Notes under the pieces: model-generated | Database searches by the model: none | The model's input: only the letters and a program-made list of their open reading frames with translations | Told to the model about the DNA's origin: nothing | Shown here: positions 1-7,875 of the stretch, piece by piece | Numbering within the stretch: the stretch's first letter is position 1 | Layout of the letters: each line of letters starts with the position of its first letter | Position numbers and translations under genes: made by a program | NCBI GenBank assembly: GCA_018817505.1 | Contig: JAHITR010000063.1 | Location: 1-58,980, forward strand | Direction: 5' to 3' | From: Candidatus Bipolaricaulota bacterium | Lineage (GTDB): Bacteria > Bipolaricaulota > Bipolaricaulia > UBA7950 > UBA9294 | Length of the DNA stretch: 58,980 nucleotides

Positions 1-225
1 AACCTGGTGATTCAACTGACTTCGGCGAAGAAGCTGGACTTGGCGATGGACGTGCTGGGGCTGAACATCCACGCCTACCCGCAGTACGCGGATTCATATC
101 TGCGGCTGGCAAGGATCTATCTGCAGAAAGGTGATGACGTGTCTGCAAAGGCGACTCTTCTGAACGCACTGTCCATAGAGCCGGACAACGTCGAGGCCAT
201 CGAATTGCTGAAGATGGTCCAGTAG
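1..225 (+). CDS. C-terminal TPR-containing region of a protein truncated by the window edge
   Basis: Frame open from base 1; TPR-like pattern YPQYADSYLRLARIYLQKGD...ALSIEPDN. Confidence 0.7.
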   Translation, partial: NLVIQLTSAKKLDLAMDVLGLNIHAYPQYADSYLRLARIYLQKGDDVSAKATLLNALSIEPDNVEAIELLKMVQ

Positions 226-405
226 GGCGCACCCTCAAGACTGACTGCCTCTGAAATGTGTGTGTGAGTCTGACTCTTGAGAATGTGCCTTTGCTCTCCT
301 AGTGGACAGGTTCATTAGCGCGCTTGCGATCACGTGCCTGCTGACTGTACGGTGGTGTGGTGCAAGCGAACTTGAAACGCACCCTACCAAGGGGAAGCAG
401 GGAAC

Positions 406-804
406 ATGAAGCAGAGCCAGTCAGAAAATTCCGAGTCTCCAGCTGAACTGATCGACGCTCGAATCAAGGAGCTAGGCGACTGGCGAGGCGAGATGCTCGG
501 ACGGATCCGTGCCTTGGTCAAGCAAGCCGACCCCGACATCGTCGAAGAGTGGAAGTGGAGAGGTGTCCCTGTGTGGTCGCACGATGGGATGGTCTGCACC
601 GGCGAGACCTACAAGGATGTCGTGAAGATGACCTTCGCCAATGGGGCAACGCTGCAGGATCCTTCGGGGCTGTTCAACTCTAGCCTTGACGGAAACACAC
701 GGCGTGCTATCGACTTCCACGAGGGAGAGAAGATCGACGAAGAAGCGTTGAGGTCTCTCGTTCGTGCTGCTGTGGCAGTGAACAAGGCCGCGACCCAAAG
801 CTAG
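406..804 (+). CDS. DUF1801 (YdhG-like) domain protein
   Basis: LGDWRGEML..IR.L...ADPDIVEEWKWRGVPVW...FNSSLDGNTRRAIDF pattern. Confidence 0.85.
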   Translation: MKQSQSENSESPAELIDARIKELGDWRGEMLGRIRALVKQADPDIVEEWKWRGVPVWSHDGMVCTGETYKDVVKMTFANGATLQDPSGLFNSSLDGNTRRAIDFHEGEKIDEEALRSLVRAAVAVNKAATQS

Positions 805-894
805 TCTACAGAATGAGCATGGGCCGCATGACCGACTTCCAGTTTGTTGCTACGCGCATTGGGCAGACAACGCGAGGCGAGAGTTGTCTCACAG

Positions 895-1078
895 CGCGCC
901 TCAACTTCGTGCCAATAGCGGCGGCATTGGAGCCATTTCGCAGGGAGCTGGACATGCACAAGACGACCAAAGGTGTCCGTCAGATCCCTACAGCAAGCCC
1001 CTGCCAGATGACTTGGCTCGCAGAAAGGCTGAGTATTGCCTTCAGGTAGTGCGCGAACGTGAAGTCGACGCGATATAG
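895..1078 (+). pseudogene. 3' fragment of a second DUF1801/YdhG-type gene, frameshifted
   Basis: LNFVPIAAALEPFRRELDMHKTTKGVRQ in one frame continues as PYSKPLPDDLARRKAEY in another; resembles the DUF1801 C-terminus (F.EEL..YKT.KGT.QFPY.KPLP.DL). Confidence 0.6.
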
Positions 1079-1295
1079 TAGCTTCATCCCATCATGACTA
1101 GCGACAGCGGAGATTGGGGACAATGCGCACGACTTCGCCAGATCGGCAATTGGATGCGAGGGCTTGCCGGTCTCTCGCCAATGCGGGTTCAGTATCTCTA
1201 GACAGGCCGGTAACATTCGCTGTCTTGTACGGTTGGCTGTGGTCGGGTGCAGCCGCCGACACGACAATCTTACGTCATAGGAGGAGCCAGCTGGA

Positions 1296-1718
1296 ATGAT
1301 TGAGTACAAACTGGGAGCCGACGTCATTGATTGGGAATCGCTGGTTCAGCTCTATTATGAGGCCGACGGCGTCATCGGTCTTGGCAAGGAGCGGAACTTG
1401 CCGAAAATCAAGGAAGCATTTCACCATAGCTACAAGATTGTGACCGCATGGAATGGAAATCGGATTGTCGGCGCAGGCAGGATGCTGTCTGACGGCGTTT
1501 GCTACGGATGGATCCACGACATGGCTGTTCTTCCAAGTGAGCAGAAGCAGGGGATTGGACGTGGCATTGTCGAGGCATTACTGGATGGGAACGAGAAGCT
1601 TCTCGTTGGCCTAACCTCAGCTTTTGGCGCAGTAGAGTTCTATCGCAAGCTTGGATTTAAGCGACACAAGACTGCCCATGCCAAGTACCCGAGCGAATCG
1701 ACTTATCTGGAAGACTAG
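1296..1718 (+). CDS. GNAT family N-acetyltransferase
   Basis: Motif A DMAVLPSEQKQGIGR; AVEFYRKLGF; upstream AGGAGG. Confidence 0.9.
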   Translation: MIEYKLGADVIDWESLVQLYYEADGVIGLGKERNLPKIKEAFHHSYKIVTAWNGNRIVGAGRMLSDGVCYGWIHDMAVLPSEQKQGIGRGIVEALLDGNEKLLVGLTSAFGAVEFYRKLGFKRHKTAHAKYPSESTYLED

Positions 1719-1798
1719 GATACACCTTCAGTGCATTGAGTTGCGTGATCGGATTGCAGTTCTGCTCTGTCGTTTTATCAAGCGATGCCGATCGCCAA

Positions 1799-2059
1799 GG
1801 CACAGTGGATGACTTGATTCGCCATATCGAGCGCATTGTTGACGTGGCTCGTGTCGATCACGTTGGTTGGGATCTGATTTCCTTGAGCCCCAGCTGATCA
1901 AGCGACGTCTCCGATCACTATGCTCGTGAACTGGAAGATATCACGACCGTTCCGCGCGTTACCGATGCTCTTGTCCGTCGAGGCTACTCCGACGAGGATA
2001 TGCGGAGGATCTTGAGCGAGAATGCTTCGCGCGTGTACAGACAAGTCATGGCGCAGTGA
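1799..2059 (+). pseudogene. C-terminal fragment of a membrane dipeptidase (peptidase M19)
   Basis: GTVDDLIRHIERIVDVARVDHVG, frameshift at the expected GSDF, then ELEDITTVPRVTDALVRRGYSDEDMRRILSENASRVY*; no N-terminal part. Confidence 0.75.
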
Positions 2060-2157
2060 CGACACTCAACAGACGCTTGTGTCATCCGATTGCCACGATT
2101 GAATATGGGGCTGGGCGTATTCGTGTTCGAGAGACAACACGGGACAAGGAGATGTTC

Positions 2158-2631
2158 ATGACATTGCAGAATGCGCCAATCGTGAAGGCGCAGATGCTCA
2201 TTCGAAAACCGATTCATGAGGTATTTGAAGCCTTTGTCGATCCCGCGATTACGACAAAGTTCTGGTTCACTCACAGCAGCGGGAAACTCGAACAGGGGAA
2301 GATCATCACGTGGGACTGGGAGATGTACGGGGCATCCGCGCAGGTGTGCGTCAAGGCCGTTGAGCGCAACTCAAGGATACTCATCGAGTGGGGGACGCCA
2401 CCTCTGCCCGTGGAGTGGCAGTTTGCATCCTATGCCGATGACACGACACTGGTGTGCATATCGTGCCGGGGATTCAGCGGAAGCGATGATCAGATGGTCG
2501 CACAAGCGATCGATTCCATGGGCGGTTTCACGTCAGTGCTCGCTGGGCTCAAGGCGTTGCTTGAATATGGCGTGGTCTTGAATCTTGTTGGCGATCATCA
2601 TCCTGATGCCCACCGGGGAAATAACGCTTGA
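2158..2631 (+). CDS. SRPBCC/AHA1-like (START-fold) protein
   Basis: AQMLIRKPIHEVFEAFVDPAITTKFWFTHSSGKL...DSMGGFTSVLAGLKALLE; SD AAGGAG before ATG 2158. Confidence 0.85.
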   Translation: MTLQNAPIVKAQMLIRKPIHEVFEAFVDPAITTKFWFTHSSGKLEQGKIITWDWEMYGASAQVCVKAVERNSRILIEWGTPPLPVEWQFASYADDTTLVCISCRGFSGSDDQMVAQAIDSMGGFTSVLAGLKALLEYGVVLNLVGDHHPDAHRGNNA

Positions 2632-2757
2632 TCTTGCCTCCGCGAGGCGGGGAATTCCCCGTGTCACGTGTCGCGTGTCGCAAGATGCGCATGCATGAAC
2701 CAGCGTTCAGTACGGAAATGATCAGTTGAGCAGCGTCGGACAGAGCGAGGAGGCGGA

Positions 2758-3642
2758 ATGAGAATCGCCCGAGTATCGGACGACAATACGACTGCGTATG
2801 TAAGCTACTGCCAGCGTTACGGCGCTGAGCATGATGAATCGTTTCTTCCGAACGACGCATTCGTTCCGACAGATGACTATCCGGCCTATCTGTTGTATTC
2901 GGAGGGTCGCGTGGTGGGTGCTGTCGGCTTGATGCGAACGCAGCCCTATGTCGGCAATGGGAAAGTGCGGCTGACGATTCTTCACTCGATCCAGTCAGAA
3001 TCAGAGGCTTACGCGCTCTTGCTGGCGGCGATTCGAGAACACACCGGAGATTCGAACTCTGTGTACGGATTCCTCCCCGAAGCTAAAGCCGAGGCGCGCA
3101 GATACTGGGAGGCCCTTGGCTTTGAAGTGGAGCGGTTCGCCTACTTGTTGGCCTATCGCTCAGAGACGGTTCCAGATTGTTCCGTGCCCGAGGAATACCA
3201 TCTGACGAGACTCAAAAAATCCGACGAAGTAGGAATTTGCGATCTGTGCAACTTGTGGAATCGCAACTACGGACATCAACCTGGATTTGTCGGTGCCGAT
3301 CCAAAGCGTGTGGTGGGCTGGTTTGACGAACCCGAGTACATTCCGGGCGGCGCCTTGCTGTTGCTGCATGATTCGACACCTGTCGGCACGGCTTGGGTCG
3401 GTCGAGATAATGAAGATGCGGATAGCGCCGATGTGTCGATGCTGAGTGTCCATCCCGATTATCGCGGACGGGGCCTGGGACGGTTGCTGCTACGCAAAGC
3501 CGTCGAAGTCGCGCTGAGCAATGATTTGTCTCCCGTGTACTTGTCTGTTGATGCCGCTAACGCATCGGCTGTCGGGCTTTATCTTTCGGAGGGATTCATC
3601 AAGGACAAAGTGATGGTTTGCTACACGCTGGCCATGGCGTGA
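2758..3642 (+). CDS. Tandem-domain GNAT acetyltransferase
   Basis: C-terminal VHPDYRGRGLGR and NASAVGLYLSEGF; degenerate N-terminal GNAT (YWEALGF); SD GAGGAGG. Confidence 0.85.
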   Translation: MRIARVSDDNTTAYVSYCQRYGAEHDESFLPNDAFVPTDDYPAYLLYSEGRVVGAVGLMRTQPYVGNGKVRLTILHSIQSESEAYALLLAAIREHTGDSNSVYGFLPEAKAEARRYWEALGFEVERFAYLLAYRSETVPDCSVPEEYHLTRLKKSDEVGICDLCNLWNRNYGHQPGFVGADPKRVVGWFDEPEYIPGGALLLLHDSTPVGTAWVGRDNEDADSADVSMLSVHPDYRGRGLGRLLLRKAVEVALSNDLSPVYLSVDAANASAVGLYLSEGFIKDKVMVCYTLAMA

Positions 3643-3856
3643 TGTGCTCCTGAATGCCGCAGCTGGCGAGTGAATCCGGGGTAGGACAGAGATGGGTGTG
3701 TTTTACCGTTCTCGGTTCGGCAGGTGCACGTCCCCCCGTAGCAAGGCGGGTTGGCGGAGTTGGCACACTTGACAGGATATAGAGATTCGGTCGAGCCTTC
3801 ATTCGAGAGGCTCGCACAGATTAATGAACCGTCTAGTTGATCCAAAGGAGGCAGGT

Positions 3857-4228
3857 ATGCAATTAGGTGCATTTTCGATGAGCTTGGCCGTGAGGGATCT
3901 CGAAGCATCCAAAGCCTTCTACGAGAAGTTGGGCTTTGTTGTTTTCGCGGGAGACGGTTCCCAGAATTGGCTGATTCTGAAGAATGGCCAGCACGTGATT
4001 GGCCTGTTCCAGGGCATCCTGGAAAAGAATATGCTGACCTTCAATCCGGGATGGGATCAGAGTGGAAACACGCTGGGCAGCTTCACAGACGTGCGCGAGA
4101 TACAGCGACAGTTGAAGGCTACAGGCGTGCAGCTCGTATCCGAGGCCGATGAAGACACGGTGGGGCCTGCCAGCTTCATCGTTATCGACCCGGATGGGAA
4201 CCCGGTTCTTGTCGACCAGCACATCTGA
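3857..4228 (+). CDS. VOC/glyoxalase family protein
   Basis: SLAVRDLEASKAFYEKLGF...DPDGNPVLVDQH; SD AAGGAGG. Confidence 0.9.
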   Translation: MQLGAFSMSLAVRDLEASKAFYEKLGFVVFAGDGSQNWLILKNGQHVIGLFQGILEKNMLTFNPGWDQSGNTLGSFTDVREIQRQLKATGVQLVSEADEDTVGPASFIVIDPDGNPVLVDQHI

Positions 4229-4397
4229 GTGCAATGCGAGAGCAGTCATGTTCATCGCACGCAGTTCAGGATTGACTATTCGTGAGATGTTCGATTGAAT
4301 GAGAATGGCACAATGATGTGACGTCGAGGGGAAATTGCTTGCAGTGCCCGAATGCCAGTAGATTCGCTGATGCCGACCGCTGCGATGGAGGAGCTCC

Positions 4398-4723
4398 ATG
4401 ACCAACGAAGAATTGACCAGTCAGGCTGCGCCCTGCTTTCGACTGAGAACAAGGTCTATCTGGGCGTATGTGCTTCATCGGGATCCAACGCCTTCTGCGC
4501 CGAGCGAAACGCAACAAGCTCGATGATGATTGACGCCGTCTATCGAGTTGCGAAGATCGTGGCCGTCTGAAAGGACGAGGAGGAGGCTGTTCACGCGCTC
4601 TCGCCGTGCGGCAACTGCCGACAGTTGATGCTTGAGATGGATCAAGCGAGTCTGAATACTGAGTTGCTTCTCGATTGTGGCATGGCCGTGACCCTTGAAC
4701 AGCTGCTCCCCCACGCTGCCTAG
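4398..4723 (+). pseudogene. cdd: Cytidine deaminase-like pseudogene
   Basis: Zn motifs FCAERNA and SPCGNCRQ separated by in-frame TGA (4568-4570); SD-led start MTNEEL is in another frame. Confidence 0.75.
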
Positions 4724-4758
4724 CGGAAGAAGCAGTGATGACGAGGATGGAGGAACGC

Positions 4759-6381
4759 ATGACAGCAAGTCGATTCAGCATCGTTGCATCGTGGCTGATA
4801 CTCCTTGTGGCAATGGCCGCGAGCTTGGCTCCGCTCATTCCACGTGTGCCCCCTGCAAGTCCAGATGAAACCGCGTTTTCAATTGACAACGCACTGGTCC
4901 AAATCGACCGGATTGCCCAGGAGCCCCGTCCGATCGGCTCGCCCGGCAACGAGCGAGGGCGCGACGAGATCGCTGCCCAGCTCCGAGCGCTGGGTCTTGA
5001 GCCGGAGTTCCAGGCGTTCAAGGTGCGCAATTACTTCAGCCCCAGAGGCGAGCTCATCGAGCTTATGAACGTTCTCGCCCGCATTCCCGGCACGGCATCA
5101 ACCGGCGCCGTGGCACTGATGGGACATTACGACACGGTTCTCGACACATTGGGGGCAAACGACGATGCTGGGGCAGTGGCCATTTTGTTGGAAGCTGCGC
5201 GGGCCATTCTCGCTGGCCCTCCTTTGCGCAACGACGTCATTCTTTTGTTTACAGACGGAGAGGAGCCTGTGCCGCGCTTCGGCTCATCGGCTTTTGCGGG
5301 TTCACACCCGTGGTTCAGCGACATCGGATTCGTAATCAATCTCGAAGCCATCGGCTCAAGCGGGCCGTCGATTGTGATCGACATGAACGGTCCCGGCAGA
5401 TGGTTGATTGATCAGTACGCTCGGGGGACACCGTACCCGGTAGCGTTCTCGTTCGTCACGGCAATCACCGAGTTGATCGGGGGCTCAAACACCGACTTCT
5501 CCACGTTCCGAGACGACGGCGTCTCTGGCTTCGACCTTGCCTACTTGACGGGGTCGCCCATTTACCACACCATGGCCGATTCCCCTGAGAACGTGGGAGC
5601 TCGCAGCTTGCACCAACAGGGAGCAAACGCACTTGCGCTCGCACGTCACATCGGCAACCTCGACCTTGGCTTGGCCAGAGAAGACGCGGAGGCTGTCTTC
5701 TTCACCATCGGGCGCTATCTGGTGATTCGGTACCCAAGCTCATGGACACTCCCACTAATGCTCCTCACGGCCGGTGTGCTGATCGCGACTGCGTGGCGAC
5801 AACGCGGCTGGCTCCGAATGCTCCTCAGTTTCGGCACCACGATCGCCATAGCCGCCGTCTCTGCTGTCGCGGCCGTCGGGATCTGGACGCTGATTGTGGG
5901 CTGGCGGAGTTCAATGGGTATTTTTGAGGGCTATCTGTATTTGGCAGGATTCGTTGCGTTGAATGCAGGCATTGGAGCCGTCGTTGCCCGGGTGACAAGA
6001 CGGCGCACAGGCACAGGTTCTGATGCCATCGGGTGCGTGACGGTATGGTGGTTGCTCGGATTGTTCTTGGCCATTGCCGTTCCTGGAATGAGCTACTTGT
6101 TTGCCTGGCCAGCACTGGTGGGTGGTTTGGCCCTGCAGGGGCGATCCCCCGAGAAGGCCAGACTCGGGTGGCGGCTTGCGCGTTGGGCATTGGTGTCAGT
6201 GACGGTACTTGTCCTGCTTGTTCCGGCGGTTGACCTCTTTTATCAATTCGCGCAGCCCAGGCCCGGAAACCTCGACTCGCAAATCCTGGCAGTCATCGCG
6301 ATCCCGGCTATGCTGCTCGCGTTGGTGATTGAACTGCTTCGGGCCTTTCGAGTGCGCCCCTTGCGCAATCGGACGCTGTGA
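4759..6381 (+). CDS. M28 family metallopeptidase with multi-pass C-terminal membrane domain (ERMP1/Pff1-like)
   Basis: GHYDT, GANDDAG, DGEE, NLEAIG, YHT motifs followed by several TM helices. Confidence 0.9.
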   Translation: MTASRFSIVASWLILLVAMAASLAPLIPRVPPASPDETAFSIDNALVQIDRIAQEPRPIGSPGNERGRDEIAAQLRALGLEPEFQAFKVRNYFSPRGELIELMNVLARIPGTASTGAVALMGHYDTVLDTLGANDDAGAVAILLEAARAILAGPPLRNDVILLFTDGEEPVPRFGSSAFAGSHPWFSDIGFVINLEAIGSSGPSIVIDMNGPGRWLIDQYARGTPYPVAFSFVTAITELIGGSNTDFSTFRDDGVSGFDLAYLTGSPIYHTMADSPENVGARSLHQQGANALALARHIGNLDLGLAREDAEAVFFTIGRYLVIRYPSSWTLPLMLLTAGVLIATAWRQRGWLRMLLSFGTTIAIAAVSAVAAVGIWTLIVGWRSSMGIFEGYLYLAGFVALNAGIGAVVARVTRRRTGTGSDAIGCVTVWWLLGLFLAIAVPGMSYLFAWPALVGGLALQGRSPEKARLGWRLARWALVSVTVLVLLVPAVDLFYQFAQPRPGNLDSQILAVIAIPAMLLALVIELLRAFRVRPLRNRTL

Positions 6382-6417
6382 CGGTGCAGTTGGTGAAAGG
6401 AGTCTGTAATAAACGAG

Positions 6418-6891
6418 ATGAACGGCCAACAGGACGCGAAACACAAATTCGATCAGCCGATGGACACGCCCATTAGCTATCGGGAGCTTTACGGACTACG
6501 ATTCGCCACGCACTTCATTCCATTCCTCAAGATCTTGGATCGAGCGACTGGCCGCGAACAAGTCATCGAGTGCTTGCGTGAATTGGCCCTCGAGGGAGCC
6601 AGAGAATACGCGGAGGCTGTTGTCGAGAAGGCAGGCAAGAACGACTTGTCCGTTTTTAAAGCTATCTACAGTCCTGACAATCCTGACAATCCTGATTTGT
6701 GCAATCTCCTGACCGTCGAAGTGTTGGAGAGCACCGACGACGTCTATCGGATCAAGGTTACGGAATGTCTGTTGGCGGAGGTCTTTCGCAACGGCGTTGC
6801 TGCCAGTATCGATTCTATGTCAGGCCGTAGGATCGAGAGGGTGTCTCATGCTGCACCTTCGCCTCGCCCCGCAATCGAAGCCTGGATTTAG
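6418..6891 (+). pseudogene. L-2-amino-thiazoline-4-carboxylate hydrolase-like protein, probably 3' truncated
   Basis: KVTECLLAEVFR motif, after which family similarity is lost (second Cys region absent); internal 9-bp duplication CCTGACAAT. Confidence 0.5.
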
Positions 6892-7068
6892 CAACGGCTG
6901 CTCATCGTGGGGACACGAGAAGAACCGGCAACCAAGAAGGCGTTATCCTAGAACTTGCGCTCGTGATGCGTGGCTTGCTGGCGATAAGCCCAGTGAATCT
7001 CGAAGGGATGTCTGAGGCGCAACGTTTCCAGGGGCGGCAAGGTGATTGTTGAGTAAGGGGGGACTCTC

Positions 7069-7506
7069 ATGAGGTTTGAAAAAAAAGATCAGAAGGCATT
7101 GCTTCTCTGGGCTGCTGACTGCGCTGAGCGCGTGCTGCCTGTTTTCGAAGCGAAGTGCGCTGCCGATGATCGACCTTGGGAAGCTCTTGAGGCAGCCCGC
7201 GCTTGGACCCACGGCTTGGTACCCTGTTCCGAAGTGCGCACGGCTGCCTTTGCAGCTCATGCTGCGGCTCGTGAGATCGATGATCCAGCGGCCTGTGCGG
7301 CTGCTCGTGCTGCCGGCCACGCGGCCGCAACGGCGCATGTTGCCAGTCATGCGGTTCATGCCGCTGCCTATGCGGTCAAGGCCGTCAGATCTAGCGCACA
7401 TCCCAATCAAGCCGATCAGAAGGCAGCAGAAGAACGCGAATGGCAAATCCAACACCTTCCAGTGCATCTGCGATCCGTCGTGTTTCCAACCTCGGATGGA
7501 AGCTAG
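7069..7506 (+). CDS. Imm5-like putative immunity protein
   Basis: LWAADCAERVLPVFE...DDRPWEALEAARAW...AARAAGHAAATAHVASHA...EREWQ. Confidence 0.75.
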   Translation: MRFEKKDQKALLLWAADCAERVLPVFEAKCAADDRPWEALEAARAWTHGLVPCSEVRTAAFAAHAAAREIDDPAACAAARAAGHAAATAHVASHAVHAAAYAVKAVRSSAHPNQADQKAAEEREWQIQHLPVHLRSVVFPTSDGS

Positions 7507-7556
7507 CTTTCGGGGAACGTCCCGGACATGCTTGTCGTGCCATGGAACGGGTTGCC

Positions 7557-7810
7557 GACGAGTAGCTAGCCCCGGATGGCTGCCTGAGAAATGCGCTTGG
7601 CAACGGGCAGTGCTCTGGCACTGCCCGTTGCTTTGAAGAAATCGCCAAGCAAACTCCGATTTCTTCGACCGACAGGCTACGATCTGATGGCTGCCTGTAT
7701 GCTGCGCGCAACTCGCAGTAACTGCCTGCGAGTTCCAATGGAGAACGCCGAGCGAAGCCCGGCGTTCTCTGCAGCTCAATTGGCTATCCGCGGATAGCGG
7801 CTACTCATCT
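7557..7810. other. Highly structured intergenic element (multi-hairpin; candidate ncRNA or MITE/REP cluster)
   Basis: Five 8-14 bp inverted repeats enclosed by GAGTAGC(7560-7566)/GCTACTC(7800-7806). Confidence 0.6.
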
Positions 7811-7825
7811 TCGATGACTAGCATG

Positions 7826-7856
7826 GAGAAACCCCAGCGTGTGCTGGGGGTTTCTC
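7826..7856. terminator. Stem-loop, probable terminator downstream of ppdK (possibly bidirectional)
   Basis: GAGAAACCCCAGC-GTGT-GCTGGGGGTTTCTC just past the ppdK stop. Confidence 0.65.
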
Positions 7857-7875
7857 TGATGCAATATGTGAGGGA

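Noticed and set aside
4568-4570. Selenocysteine or alternative genetic code at the TGA in the cdd-like gene
   Set aside because: The position is not a catalytic Cys, TGA is used as stop throughout the window, and the gene has another lesion.
225-7069. Integron cassette array with attC sites
   Set aside because: No repeated RYYYAAC...GTTRRRY-bounded palindromes after the genes and no intI in the window; kept only as an array of unknown origin.
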